A stretch of 64,000 bases of DNA from Oscillospiraceae bacterium. Lineage in GTDB: Bacteria > Bacillota > Clostridia > Oscillospirales > Oscillospiraceae. Below the pieces are notes generated by a model, which did no database searches, was not told the DNA's origin, and was given only the letters and a program-made list of their open reading frames with translations. Positions 21,371 to 29,997 of the stretch are shown here, one piece after another (position 1 is the first letter of the stretch; each line of letters starts with the position of its first letter). Position numbers and translations under genes: made by a program. The stretch is from positions 10,863 to 74,862 of the forward strand of contig JAISHS010000033.1 of NCBI GenBank assembly GCA_031262405.1, given 5' to 3'.

Positions 21371-22201
21371 ATGCAAATTATATATGTTGACGACGTTTTT
21401 TTGCTAAATTTGGTCATAAATTACTTCATTCTGCTTGCCACGGCAAAGCTTTGCGCCTTTCCCCTAAAACGGCTTTTATTCGCATTTTCGGCGGCGGTCG
21501 GGGCTGTTTACAGCGTTCTGATACTTATTTGGGGCTTTCTGGGGCTGCTGCCCATAAAGCTCTGTCTCGGAATTGTTATGGTTCTGATTGCTTTTGGGAA
21601 ATGTAGGCACTTATTCAAGGCGTTTTGCGCCTTTCTCTGCGTTTCCGCCGCCTTTGGAGGGGCGGTTTATGCCGCGAGTATGCTGGTCGGGACGACGCCG
21701 GGGAAACTGGGCTACATCTCCCTGTCTATGCGGACTCTGGCGATTTCCTTTGCGGTTTGCTACATAGCTTTGACGCTGGTTTTTAAGCGCTTGGGCGCGA
21801 AAAACCGCAGGGGGCGCAGTATGGGTGTAGAGGTGGTGCAGGGGGGGCGGAGAGCGGTCTTCAGGGCGCTGTACGATACGGGCAACGAGCTTTATGATCC
21901 CCTGAGCGGTTTGCCGGTCATGGTCGCCGAGGCGGAGAGCCTGAGGGAGCTTTTTCCGGAGGCGCTGCTCGGCGCGCTCGCTAAGAGTCCGGTGGATTTC
22001 ATTGCCGAGGCCTCGGAGAGCGGCGCGCTCAAGACGCGGTTTCGCTTGGTGCTCTATACGAGCGCCGGGGCCTCCAGCGGGCTGCTTCCGGTTTTTAAGC
22101 CGGACAGACTGACCATTGACGGCAAGCCCCGTGACGACATACTCATCGGGCTGTGTCCGCACAAGCTCTGTGCCGACGGAGAATTTTCAGCTATCTTATA
22201 A
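21371..22201 (+). CDS. spoIIGA: Sigma-E processing peptidase SpoIIGA
   Basis: Five N-terminal TM segments starting MQIIYVDDVFLLNLVINYF. The aspartic protease motif is YDTGNELYDP. It lies directly upstream of sigE. Confidence 0.9.
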   Translation: MQIIYVDDVFLLNLVINYFILLATAKLCAFPLKRLLFAFSAAVGAVYSVLILIWGFLGLLPIKLCLGIVMVLIAFGKCRHLFKAFCAFLCVSAAFGGAVYAASMLVGTTPGKLGYISLSMRTLAISFAVCYIALTLVFKRLGAKNRRGRSMGVEVVQGGRRAVFRALYDTGNELYDPLSGLPVMVAEAESLRELFPEALLGALAKSPVDFIAEASESGALKTRFRLVLYTSAGASSGLLPVFKPDRLTIDGKPRDDILIGLCPHKLCADGEFSAIL

Positions 22202-22215
22202 GTTAGGAGACGACT

Positions 22216-22953
22216 ATGCGGTTTTTCAGTGAGTTAAAATTAAAGTTTGATTTGGCGGTGCGGCCGCTGCTGGAGAAGCTGGGGCTGCTTGAGACCCCGG
22301 GGATAAACTACATAGGCGGCAGCGAGACCCTTCCGCCGCCGCTTCCGCGCGATGAGGAGGAGGAGGCGCTTGAAGCACTCTCCGAGGGCAGCGACGCGGC
22401 GAAGCGTCTGCTCATTGAGCACAATCTGCGGCTCGTGGTGTATATTTCGCGCCGCTTTGAGAATACGGGCGTGGGGCTGGAGGATCTCATTTCCATCGGG
22501 ACGATTGGGCTTATCAAGGCGATCAATACCTTCAACTCGGAGAAGAAGATAAAGCTGGCGACTTATGCCTCGCGCTGCGTCGAGAACGAGATTTTAATGC
22601 ACCTGCGGAAAATAAGCTCGCAGAAGTCGGAGGTCTCGCTCGACGAGCCGCTCAACACCGACTGGGACGGAAATGAGCTGCTGCTCTCCGACGTCTTGGG
22701 TACGGACGGGGACGAGATTTCGCGCCCGCTGGAGGACGACGCGGACAAACGAATGCTGATGGATGCGGTGTTTTCGCTGGCAGAGCGCGAGCGGAGCATT
22801 ATTATAATGCGCTTCGGGCTGCTGGGCTCCTCGGAGTATACGCAGAAAGAGGTCGCGGACAAAATGGGCATCTCGCAGTCCTATATCAGCCGACTAGAGA
22901 AGCGGATAATCTCGAGACTGAAGCGGGAAATGTTAAGGGCAGATAATAGGTAA
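22216..22953 (+). CDS. sigE: Sporulation sigma factor SigE (pro-sigma-E)
   Basis: Pro-sequence followed by [12 protein letters not shown]. Sigma-70 regions 2 and 4 are present ([12 protein letters not shown]). The last codons lie in a heptamer array. Confidence 0.9.
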   Translation: MRFFSELKLKFDLAVRPLLEKLGLLETPGINYIGGSETLPPPLPRDEEEEALEALSEGSDAAKRLLIEHNLRLVVYISRRFENTGVGLEDLISIGTIGLIKAINTFNSEKKIKLATYASRCVENEILMHLRKISSQKSEVSLDEPLNTDWDGNELLLSDVLGTDGDEISRPLEDDADKRMLMDAVFSLAERERSIIIMRFGLLGSSEYTQKEVADKMGISQSYISRLEKRIISRLKREMLRADNR

Positions 22954-22975
22954 GAGATATTAGATAATAGATATT
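22933..22975 (+). repeat. Heptamer array (ttaagggc, agataat, aggtaag, agatatt, agataat, agatatt) with a degenerate GC segment after it
   Basis: Read directly. The sigE stop TAA (22951-22953) is in unit 2. Confidence 0.9.
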
Positions 22976-23071
22976 TTTATAGAGAGTCGCGCGCGGCGGG
23001 GTTAGATAGGTGCTTATCCTGTCAGAAAATTGTCAACAGTATTTAAATTTTATTGCTAACCATTTAAACGC

Positions 23072-23100
23072 TTGATTCGCGAAAGAAAAAATGCTATAGT
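23072..23100 (+). promoter_or_regulatory. Sigma-A-like promoter (TTGATT-17-TATAGT) for the antiporter gene
   Basis: Hexamers read directly. A ~120-nt leader follows. Confidence 0.45.
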
Positions 23101-23224
23101 ATATATTAAGGGAATGAAGTTCTCCCTGTGCGTAGTAACGCCAAACCGCTTTTAATGCTGATGACTTCTGCGACTAAATGTGCGCGGAAGCTGTCAGCTT
23201 TTTTGCGCGGAAAGAGGATCAAAA

Positions 23225-24400
23225 ATGTTATTCAGTCTTGGCGTTATGGTGTTGTGCGGTCTGCTTCTCAGCGGGATTATGAAAAAGCTGAAGCTCCCCG
23301 GACTAATCGGAATGCTAATAACGGGAATCATACTCGGGCCTTTTGCGCTTGACATTATCTCGCCCGAAATACTAAACATCTCGGCAGACTTACGGGAATT
23401 GGCTCTCGTTGTGATACTCACACGCGCGGGTTTGTCGCTTGATATAGCAGACCTTAAAAAGGTCGGCAGGTCGGCAATTTTGATGTGTTTTGTTCCCGCA
23501 TTGTTTGAAATAGCGGCTGTCACGCTGTTTGCTCCCATGATTTTCGGTATTTCAAGACTGGACGCGGCTATTATGGGGGCTGTGTTGGGTGCGGTGTCGC
23601 CCGCCGTAATTGTTCCGAAAATGCTGTCCATCATGGAAACTGGCTACGGAAAAGCAAAAAGTGTACCGCAATTGGTGTTGGCGGGTGCTTCGGTTGACGA
23701 TATATTTGTAATTGTCTTGTTTGCTGCTTTCATGGGGATGCACGACGGGAGTGCATTTGATATATCTTCTATCATAAAAATACCGATTTCAATTCTTGTA
23801 GGCGGCGGAATCGGCGTCCTGTTCGGATTAGGCATGAACCAGTTGTTTCGCAGAATCCATATGCGTGATACAGTAAAAGTTCTTATTCTGCTTAGTGTTT
23901 CGTTGTTGTTAGTCGCGCTTGAATCCACGATTAAGAGGTTCGTTCCCATGTCAGGGCTGCTTGCGGTCATGGCGCTCGGCTGCACAATTCTAAAAACGAA
24001 TCCGCTAACCGCCAACCGCCTGTCCAATAAATTCTCGAAAATATGGGTAGCGGCAGAGCTAATGCTGTTTGTACTTGTGGGTGCGGCGGTTGATATTTCG
24101 TATGCACTAAACGCAGGACTTTTAGCTTTACTGCTCATTTTTATCGCGTTGTGCTTCCGACTTTGCGGTGTGTTTACAAGCCTTGTCAAAAGTCCACTTA
24201 ATCGTAAAGAACGGCTATTTTGTGCGGTTTCCTATCTGCCAAAAGCTACCGTGCAAGCAGCAATCGGCGGGTTACCGCTTGCTGCCGGAATAGCATCGGG
24301 CAATTTGATACTGACCGTAGCGGTGCTTGCTATCTTGATAACCGCTCCGTTAGGCGCGTTTCTTGTTGATATATCGCATAAGCGGTTGTTGGAAAAGTAA
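23225..24400 (+). CDS. Cation:proton antiporter (Na+/H+ exchanger family)
   Basis: Polytopic membrane protein. MLFSLGVMVLCGLLLSGIMKKLKLPGLIGMLITGIILGP is a typical CPA N-terminus. G+C is visibly lower than the neighbours. Confidence 0.75.
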   Translation: MLFSLGVMVLCGLLLSGIMKKLKLPGLIGMLITGIILGPFALDIISPEILNISADLRELALVVILTRAGLSLDIADLKKVGRSAILMCFVPALFEIAAVTLFAPMIFGISRLDAAIMGAVLGAVSPAVIVPKMLSIMETGYGKAKSVPQLVLAGASVDDIFVIVLFAAFMGMHDGSAFDISSIIKIPISILVGGGIGVLFGLGMNQLFRRIHMRDTVKVLILLSVSLLLVALESTIKRFVPMSGLLAVMALGCTILKTNPLTANRLSNKFSKIWVAAELMLFVLVGAAVDISYALNAGLLALLLIFIALCFRLCGVFTSLVKSPLNRKERLFCAVSYLPKATVQAAIGGLPLAAGIASGNLILTVAVLAILITAPLGAFLVDISHKRLLEK

Positions 24401-24451
24401 AGCTGCATTAAGAAAATAGATATTTTCCTAACCCTAATATTCTGTAGCCGT

Positions 24452-24482
24452 GGGGGATTGCGGGTCAAGCCCGCAATGACGG
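24452..24482 (+). repeat. REP-like hairpin unit gggggattgcgggtcaagcccgcaatgacgg
   Basis: Read directly. Confidence 0.9.
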
Positions 24483-24487
24483 AAAAC

Positions 24488-24543
24488 AGAAGACAGTGGC
24501 GAGAGGACTTAAGGCAGATATTATGAGTCGCGCGGGGCGCGAC
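24488..24543 (+). repeat. Heptamer array (agaagac agtggcg agaggac ttaaggc agatatt) plus hairpin gtcgcgc/gcgcgac
   Basis: Read directly. Confidence 0.8.
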
Positions 24544-24558
24544 GGGAATATAATAAAT

Positions 24559-24626
24559 AAGGCGTCGCGAAGCCGCGACGCCTTATATCTTTCTATCTTT
24601 TATCTATTATCTCTTATCTTTTATCT
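24559..24626 (-). repeat. Minus-oriented element: six heptamers (agataaa agataag agataat agataaa agataga aagatat) plus an 11-bp hairpin aaggcgtcgcg/cgcgacgcctt
   Basis: Read directly. The P-type ATPase stop (24621-24623) is in the first unit. Confidence 0.9.
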
Positions 24627-27341
24627 GCTCTTCGCTGCCTTTCGCTGGAAGAACTTCACAATCTCGACGATTGGGATCATGAGGGCTGCCATTCCGAGGG
24701 CGATGACGAACTCCATCGCGTTGATGTGCTCGAGGCCGAAGGCGTTGTTGAGGAAGGGGATATAGAGCAGCGCCGCCGTGAGCAGCAGGCTGACGACTGC
24801 CGCGCCGTAGAGGAAGGTGTTCGAGGTCTTGAGCTTGAATATGCTGCCGCGCTGGCTGCGCATATTGAGACTGTGGAAAATCTCCGCCATGGACATCGTG
24901 ACAAACGCCATCGTCATGCCGTCTGCGCTGTTCGTGATCTCCCAGACGCCGGACTCGATATAGTGACCCACGAAATAGGCGGCGAGCGTGAGGATTGAAA
25001 CCGCTATGCCTTGATACGCAACGTCCACTCCGACGCCGCCGGCAAAGACGCCCTCAGAGGAGCTGCGGGGACGGCGGAGCATGATATCGCTCTCGGCCTT
25101 CTCCATGCCCAGCGCGAGCGCCGGAAAGCAGTCCGTGACGAGGTTAATCCAGAGCAGGTGAATCGGCTCGAGGATGATAAAGCCGAACATTGTGGCTACG
25201 AAAATACTTATGACCTCGGACATATTGGAGCTGAGGAGGAACTGAATCGCCTTGCGGATGTTGTCATAGATGCGGCGTCCCTCTTCAACCGCGCCGACGA
25301 TTGTCGCGAAGTTATCGTCCGCGAGAACCATGTCGGCGACGTTCTTGGTGACGTCGGTTCCGGTGATGCCCATGCCTACGCCGATATCGGCGCTCTTGAT
25401 GCTGGGCGCGTCGTTGACGCCGTCGCCGGTCATCGCGGTGATGAAGCCCGCGCCGCGCCAGGCGTTTACTATGCGCACCTTGTGCTCCGGCTGGACTCTG
25501 GCATACACCGAGAAGTCTCTGAAGCGGCTTTCAAATTCCTCGTCGCTCATGTTGTTGAGCTCGCTGCCGGTAATAGCGCGGTCGCCCTCTTCGAGGATGC
25601 CGAGCTCTCGGGCTATTGCCGTTGCGGTGTCGATATGGTCGCCGGTTATCATGATCGGGCGGATGCCCGCCGTGCGGCACTCGACAATAGCCGCCTTGAC
25701 CTCCGGGCGGATCGGGTCGATCATGCCGCAAAGTCCCATGAAGCAGAGATTCTCTTCAAGTGCGGCGGGTGAGAACTCTGTCGGAGCTTTCTCATATTTG
25801 CGTGAGGCGCAGGCGAGAACGCGAAGAGCTTTATCGGCCATCGACTTATTCGCGCGGAGAATCTCGTCGCGCTTGGCGTCAGTCATGGGCTGAATGGCGC
25901 CATTCTCATCGAGATAGCCGGTGCAAAGCCTTAAAATCTCGTCCGGCGCGCCCTTGGTATATTGGAGGATTCCGGCGGCGGTCTCGTGGACGGTGCTCAT
26001 CATCTTTCTGGAGCTGTCGAAGGGGGCCTCGCCGATACGCGGGGAGGCTTCTTTGAGCTTGGGCTTGGGAAGGCCGATTTTATCAGCCCAGTAGACCAGC
26101 GCGTTCTCCGTCGGCTCGCCTCTCACGGTGCCGTCCTCGTTGAGCTCGGCGTCGCAGCACAGGGCGAAGCCCTCCGCGAGAAGCTTCTCGTCGCAGCCGA
26201 AGTGCTCGACCACGGTCATCTTGTTCTGGGTGAGGGTGCCGGTTTTGTCCGAGCAGATGATCTGGGCGCAGCCCAGAGTCTCGACCGCCGTCAGCTTGCG
26301 GATAATGGCGTTGCGGCGGCTCATGTTGGTGACGCCGATGGAGAGCACTATCGTGACGACCGCGACAAGTCCCTCCGGTATCGCCGCCACGGCCAGAGAG
26401 ACCGCGATCATGAAGCTGCTTAGGATGGTGTCAAATTCGAAGCTGCCCGCGCGGATGAGACCGATTGCGAAGATAACAACGCAGATTCCGAGCACGAGCC
26501 AGGTGAGGATTTTTGAGAGCTGAGCAAGCTTGATTTGCAGGGGGGTCAGCCCATCCTCCGCCGCTGCCAAGGCGCCGGCGATCTTGCCCATTTCGGTGTC
26601 CATGCCGGTCTCGGTTACGACTGCCATGCCGCGCCCGTAGACGACGGTGCTGCCCATATAGACCATGTTTTTGCGGTCGCCGAGCGGAACTTCCTTCGCG
26701 CCGTCCTCGAGATATAGAATATTGATGAACTTGTCGACCGGGACGCTCTCGCCCGTAAGGGCGGCCTCCTCAATTTTGAGGCTGTTCGACTCGATTACGC
26801 GCCCGTCCGCCGGTACAGCGTCGCCGGCCTCGAGGATAATAACGTCGCCGACGACAAGGTCTTCGCTCTTTATGACGACAATTTTGCCGCCGCGCAGAAC
26901 CTTACTGGTTGCCGCCGCCATCTCCTGCAGGGCTTCCAGCGCCTTTTCGGCCTTGTTCTCCTGATATACGCCGAGAACGGCGTTCACGACGACGACGAAG
27001 AGGATTATGATAACGTCCGCGAAGCCCTCTCCGCCCTCAAAAATGGCGATAGCGGCAGAGACAGCCGCCGCAACCAGCAGAATGATGATCATGGGATCGG
27101 CCATCTGCTGGAAAAAGCGCTTGATCAGCGAGTCCTTCTTCCCCTCCGCGAGCTTGTTCTTGCCGTTTTCCACCAGTTTTTTCGCGGCGGTCTCCGGAGA
27201 AAGCCCCTCCCTTGACGAGCCGGTTTCAGCCAGAACATCTTCAATTTCTCTTGTGTAGGAATTCAATTTTCTTTGTTCCTCCCTCTCTAGATTTGCCGGT
27301 AATTTCGGGGTATGACGGTTGCCGATTTGAGTGGTTCCCAT
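24621..27341 (-). CDS. P-type cation-transporting ATPase (P2/Ca2+-ATPase-like; probable Mn2+/Ca2+ exporter)
   Basis: The phosphorylation site is ICSDKTGTLT and the hinge is TGDGVNDAP, with a TGES motif and 10 TM segments. A Mn2+-riboswitch-like leader precedes it. The start could instead be an internal TTG about 27 codons in. Confidence 0.9.
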   Translation of the reverse strand: MGTTQIGNRHTPKLPANLEREEQRKLNSYTREIEDVLAETGSSREGLSPETAAKKLVENGKNKLAEGKKDSLIKRFFQQMADPMIIILLVAAAVSAAIAIFEGGEGFADVIIILFVVVVNAVLGVYQENKAEKALEALQEMAAATSKVLRGGKIVVIKSEDLVVGDVIILEAGDAVPADGRVIESNSLKIEEAALTGESVPVDKFINILYLEDGAKEVPLGDRKNMVYMGSTVVYGRGMAVVTETGMDTEMGKIAGALAAAEDGLTPLQIKLAQLSKILTWLVLGICVVIFAIGLIRAGSFEFDTILSSFMIAVSLAVAAIPEGLVAVVTIVLSIGVTNMSRRNAIIRKLTAVETLGCAQIICSDKTGTLTQNKMTVVEHFGCDEKLLAEGFALCCDAELNEDGTVRGEPTENALVYWADKIGLPKPKLKEASPRIGEAPFDSSRKMMSTVHETAAGILQYTKGAPDEILRLCTGYLDENGAIQPMTDAKRDEILRANKSMADKALRVLACASRKYEKAPTEFSPAALEENLCFMGLCGMIDPIRPEVKAAIVECRTAGIRPIMITGDHIDTATAIARELGILEEGDRAITGSELNNMSDEEFESRFRDFSVYARVQPEHKVRIVNAWRGAGFITAMTGDGVNDAPSIKSADIGVGMGITGTDVTKNVADMVLADDNFATIVGAVEEGRRIYDNIRKAIQFLLSSNMSEVISIFVATMFGFIILEPIHLLWINLVTDCFPALALGMEKAESDIMLRRPRSSSEGVFAGGVGVDVAYQGIAVSILTLAAYFVGHYIESGVWEITNSADGMTMAFVTMSMAEIFHSLNMRSQRGSIFKLKTSNTFLYGAAVVSLLLTAALLYIPFLNNAFGLEHINAMEFVIALGMAALMIPIVEIVKFFQRKAAKSR

Positions 27342-27499
27342 AAAAAAAGCCTCATAGACGGGGAAAACCCATCCATGAGTCTCGTCATTTTAGGAATCTC
27401 TGATTAAATCAGAACTTCCTTAATACAAGCCAGACAGAGCAAAAAGTCTGCCGAGATGTTGACTTGAAACGCTCGGGGCGCCGACTACTCCCTCATTTA
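27342..27499 (-). promoter_or_regulatory. Probable yybP-ykoY (Mn2+) riboswitch with terminator expression platform
   Basis: The minus strand reads atga-GGGAGTAG...GTCAACAT...GAGAC-tcat. P1 is atga/tcat (27496-27493 and 27378-27375). The P1 3' strand is shared with terminator gactcatgga/tctatgaggc, followed by T7. That run abuts the ATPase ATG. Confidence 0.65.
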
Positions 27500-27505
27500 C
27501 AGTTA

Positions 27506-27534
27506 AATTTAACATTAAATCCCGCGCTTGTCAA
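27506..27534 (-). promoter_or_regulatory. Sigma-A promoter for the riboswitch-ATPase transcript (TTGACA-17-TAAATT)
   Basis: Hexamers read directly on the minus strand. The predicted start is a few nt before the aptamer. Confidence 0.55.
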
Positions 27535-27638
27535 TAGATGATTGAGGGAATATCGAGAGTTGGGCGGTAAAGCGAAGAAGAAACGATATTTCAAGCGTTT
27601 TTTATCAGAGGAAGCTTTGAAATTATTTTTACAGCGGC

Positions 27639-27667
27639 TTGATTATTACCGTAAATTCGGCTATAAT
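27639..27667 (+). promoter_or_regulatory. Sigma-A promoter (TTGATT-17-TATAAT) for the AAA ATPase gene
   Basis: Hexamers read directly. Confidence 0.5.
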
Positions 27668-27706
27668 AACATCAGATGTTAGATTAGCCGAAAGGAGCCA
27701 TCGCTC

Positions 27707-28930
27707 ATGTATATAAAACGCCACGCGGAGGACGCGCTTCGCAAACTTGCCAAAATGTTCGGAGCGGTGCTTGTAACGGGCTCCCGCCAAGTGGGGAAAA
27801 GCACTCTGCTCACGGAAATTGCCGAGGTGAAAAGCAGCGTCACGCTCGATGATCCGCTCCTCAAACAGAGCGCAAAGGAGCAGGGCGGCACTTTTTTCAA
27901 GGATAACCCGCCGCCCGTTTTGGTGGACGAAATCCAGTACGCGCCGAATCTGTTTCCATATATCAAAATGGCGCTCGACAAATCTAAGCAAAAGGGGCAG
28001 TTCTACCTCACAGGCTCGCAGCAGTTTGAGATGATGAGCAGCGTCACTGAGTCTCTCGCTGGGCGAATTGGGATACTGATGCTGCTCGGTTTTTCCCTGC
28101 GGGAGCGCAAGGGCGTCGCTTTTACCGACCCGTTTCTTCCGACTGACGAATACTTTACCGCCCGAAAGAAGGACATGGCGGAGTACGCCTACGATGAAAT
28201 TTGGAGCATCATCCACCGGGGCTGTATGCCCGAAATCGCCCTCAATGACGATTACGACTGGCAGCTGTTTTTCGGTTCGTATGTGCGGACGTATTTAGAG
28301 CGTGACATCCGCCAGCTGTCGCAGGTAGCCGACGAGGAGAAGTTTCTGAATTTCATGACTGTGACGGCAAGCTGTACGGGGCAGCTGCTCAATCTCGCGT
28401 CGCTCTCGCGCGACGTCGGCGTGAGCGAACCCACCGCGTCGAGATGGCTCTCCATTCTCGTTACTTCGGGGCTTGTATACCTCTTGAAACCATATTCCAA
28501 CAACATCACTAAGCGGACGGTGAAAACGCCGAAGCTGTATTTCCTCGACACGGGTTTAGCTGCCTATCTGACCCGTTGGAACACGCCGGAGGTGCTGAAA
28601 AGCGGCGCGATGGCGGGCGCGTTTTTCGAGAGCTTTGTGGTTGCCGAGATTATCAAGAGCTATTACAACCGCGGCGTGTTAGATTTGCCGCTGTATTTCT
28701 ACCGCGACCGTGACATGAACGAGATTGACCTTATAATTGAAGATAACGGGACGCTCTATCCGCTTGAAATCAAGAAACACGCTGACCCGCAAAAAAGCGA
28801 CCTTGCCGCGTTTCGGCTGCTCGACAAAATCCCGAACCGTAAGCGCGGCAGCGGCGGTGTGATTTGCCTGTATGATAGGCTTATCACCTTGCAGGGTGAG
28901 GATCGAGTGATACCGGTGAGCTATTTGTAA
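27707..28930 (+). CDS. AAA+ ATPase with C-terminal DUF4143-like domain
   Basis: Walker A is VTGSRQVGKSTLL and Walker B is VLVDEIQ. The C-terminal region is typical of the AAA_14/DUF4143 'ATP-binding protein' family. Confidence 0.7.
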   Translation: MYIKRHAEDALRKLAKMFGAVLVTGSRQVGKSTLLTEIAEVKSSVTLDDPLLKQSAKEQGGTFFKDNPPPVLVDEIQYAPNLFPYIKMALDKSKQKGQFYLTGSQQFEMMSSVTESLAGRIGILMLLGFSLRERKGVAFTDPFLPTDEYFTARKKDMAEYAYDEIWSIIHRGCMPEIALNDDYDWQLFFGSYVRTYLERDIRQLSQVADEEKFLNFMTVTASCTGQLLNLASLSRDVGVSEPTASRWLSILVTSGLVYLLKPYSNNITKRTVKTPKLYFLDTGLAAYLTRWNTPEVLKSGAMAGAFFESFVVAEIIKSYYNRGVLDLPLYFYRDRDMNEIDLIIEDNGTLYPLEIKKHADPQKSDLAAFRLLDKIPNRKRGSGGVICLYDRLITLQGEDRVIPVSYL

Positions 28931-29022
28931 GGGCGAATTCGTATTGACAATTGCTCTGGAGTAATGATACTATTACCCAATTCAGAATGCAAATATCATA
29001 AGTAGAAAGGCGTCAAATCTAT

Positions 29023-29997
29023 ATGTATATTATACGAAATGACTCGACGGAGGCGGCGGGGAATCTTGCGCTGGAGGAATATCTGCTCTGTCAGACGCAG
29101 CTGGAGCTGATAATGCTCTGGCGAAATGCGCCGTCCGTGATAATCGGGCAGAACCAAAACGCCTTTGCCGAGCTGGACCTCGATTATGCAAGCTCTCACG
29201 GGATTAAGGTTATTCGCCGTCAATCGGGCGGCGGGGCGGTTTTTCACGACCTCGGGAACATCAATTACACGGTGATTCACCCGCTGGGGGAAAAGGACTT
29301 TAATAATTACGCCAAGTTCACTTCTCCCATCGTGGATTTTCTGCGGGAGCTGGGGGTGCAGGCATATCTGTCCGGGCGCAACGACCTGCTCATCGACGGG
29401 CGCAAGTTCTCCGGAAACGCGCAGGCTGTTAGGGCTGGGCGCATAATGCACCACGGGACGCTCATGTATTCGGCGGACGTCTCCGAGCTTTCCAAGGTGC
29501 TTCGCCCGGACTCCGGGAAGATTTCGGGCAAAGGCATTGCCTCTGTGCGAAGCCGCGTGACGAATATCGCCGACCACATGAGCTCTGCAATGTCGGTTGA
29601 AGAGTTCATGAGCCGGCTGTATGACTTCTATTTGAGCCGCCCCGGCATGGAGGGCTATGAGCTGACGCACTCCGACCTTGCCGCGAGGGATAGGCTTGTC
29701 GCGGAGAAATACGGCACCTGGGACTGGAACATCGGGAAGTCGCCCTCCTATGATTACACGAACAGCGCGCGCTTTCCCTTTGGCGGCGTGAGCGTGAGCG
29801 TGAGGGCTAAGGGCGCCGTTATGGAAAGGGTGAGCATACGCGGCGACTTTTTTGGCCTGAGCGATATCTTGGAGCTGGAGGGCGCTCTGCGCGGAGTAGC
29901 GCATGACAGGGACGCGATACTGGGCGTTTTGAGGGGGCTGGACCTAGGCGCTTATATTAGCGGCATGACGGCGGAGGAGTTAGCGGAGTTGTTTTAG
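29023..29997 (+). CDS. lplA: Lipoate--protein ligase
   Basis: RRQSGGGAVFHDLGNINYT and GRKFSGNAQ motifs. The 3' end overlaps the convergent PHP gene by 4 nt. Confidence 0.85.
   Translation: MYIIRNDSTEAAGNLALEEYLLCQTQLELIMLWRNAPSVIIGQNQNAFAELDLDYASSHGIKVIRRQSGGGAVFHDLGNINYTVIHPLGEKDFNNYAKFTSPIVDFLRELGVQAYLSGRNDLLIDGRKFSGNAQAVRAGRIMHHGTLMYSADVSELSKVLRPDSGKISGKGIASVRSRVTNIADHMSSAMSVEEFMSRLYDFYLSRPGMEGYELTHSDLAARDRLVAEKYGTWDWNIGKSPSYDYTNSARFPFGGVSVSVRAKGAVMERVSIRGDFFGLSDILELEGALRGVAHDRDAILGVLRGLDLGAYISGMTAEELAELF

Noticed and set aside
29994-29997. The 4-nt convergent overlap of lplA and the PHP gene, with no terminator between them.
   Set aside because: Short convergent overlaps occur in compact genomes. 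Both ORFs have clear family motifs up to their ends, so there is no sign of a fusion or frameshift.
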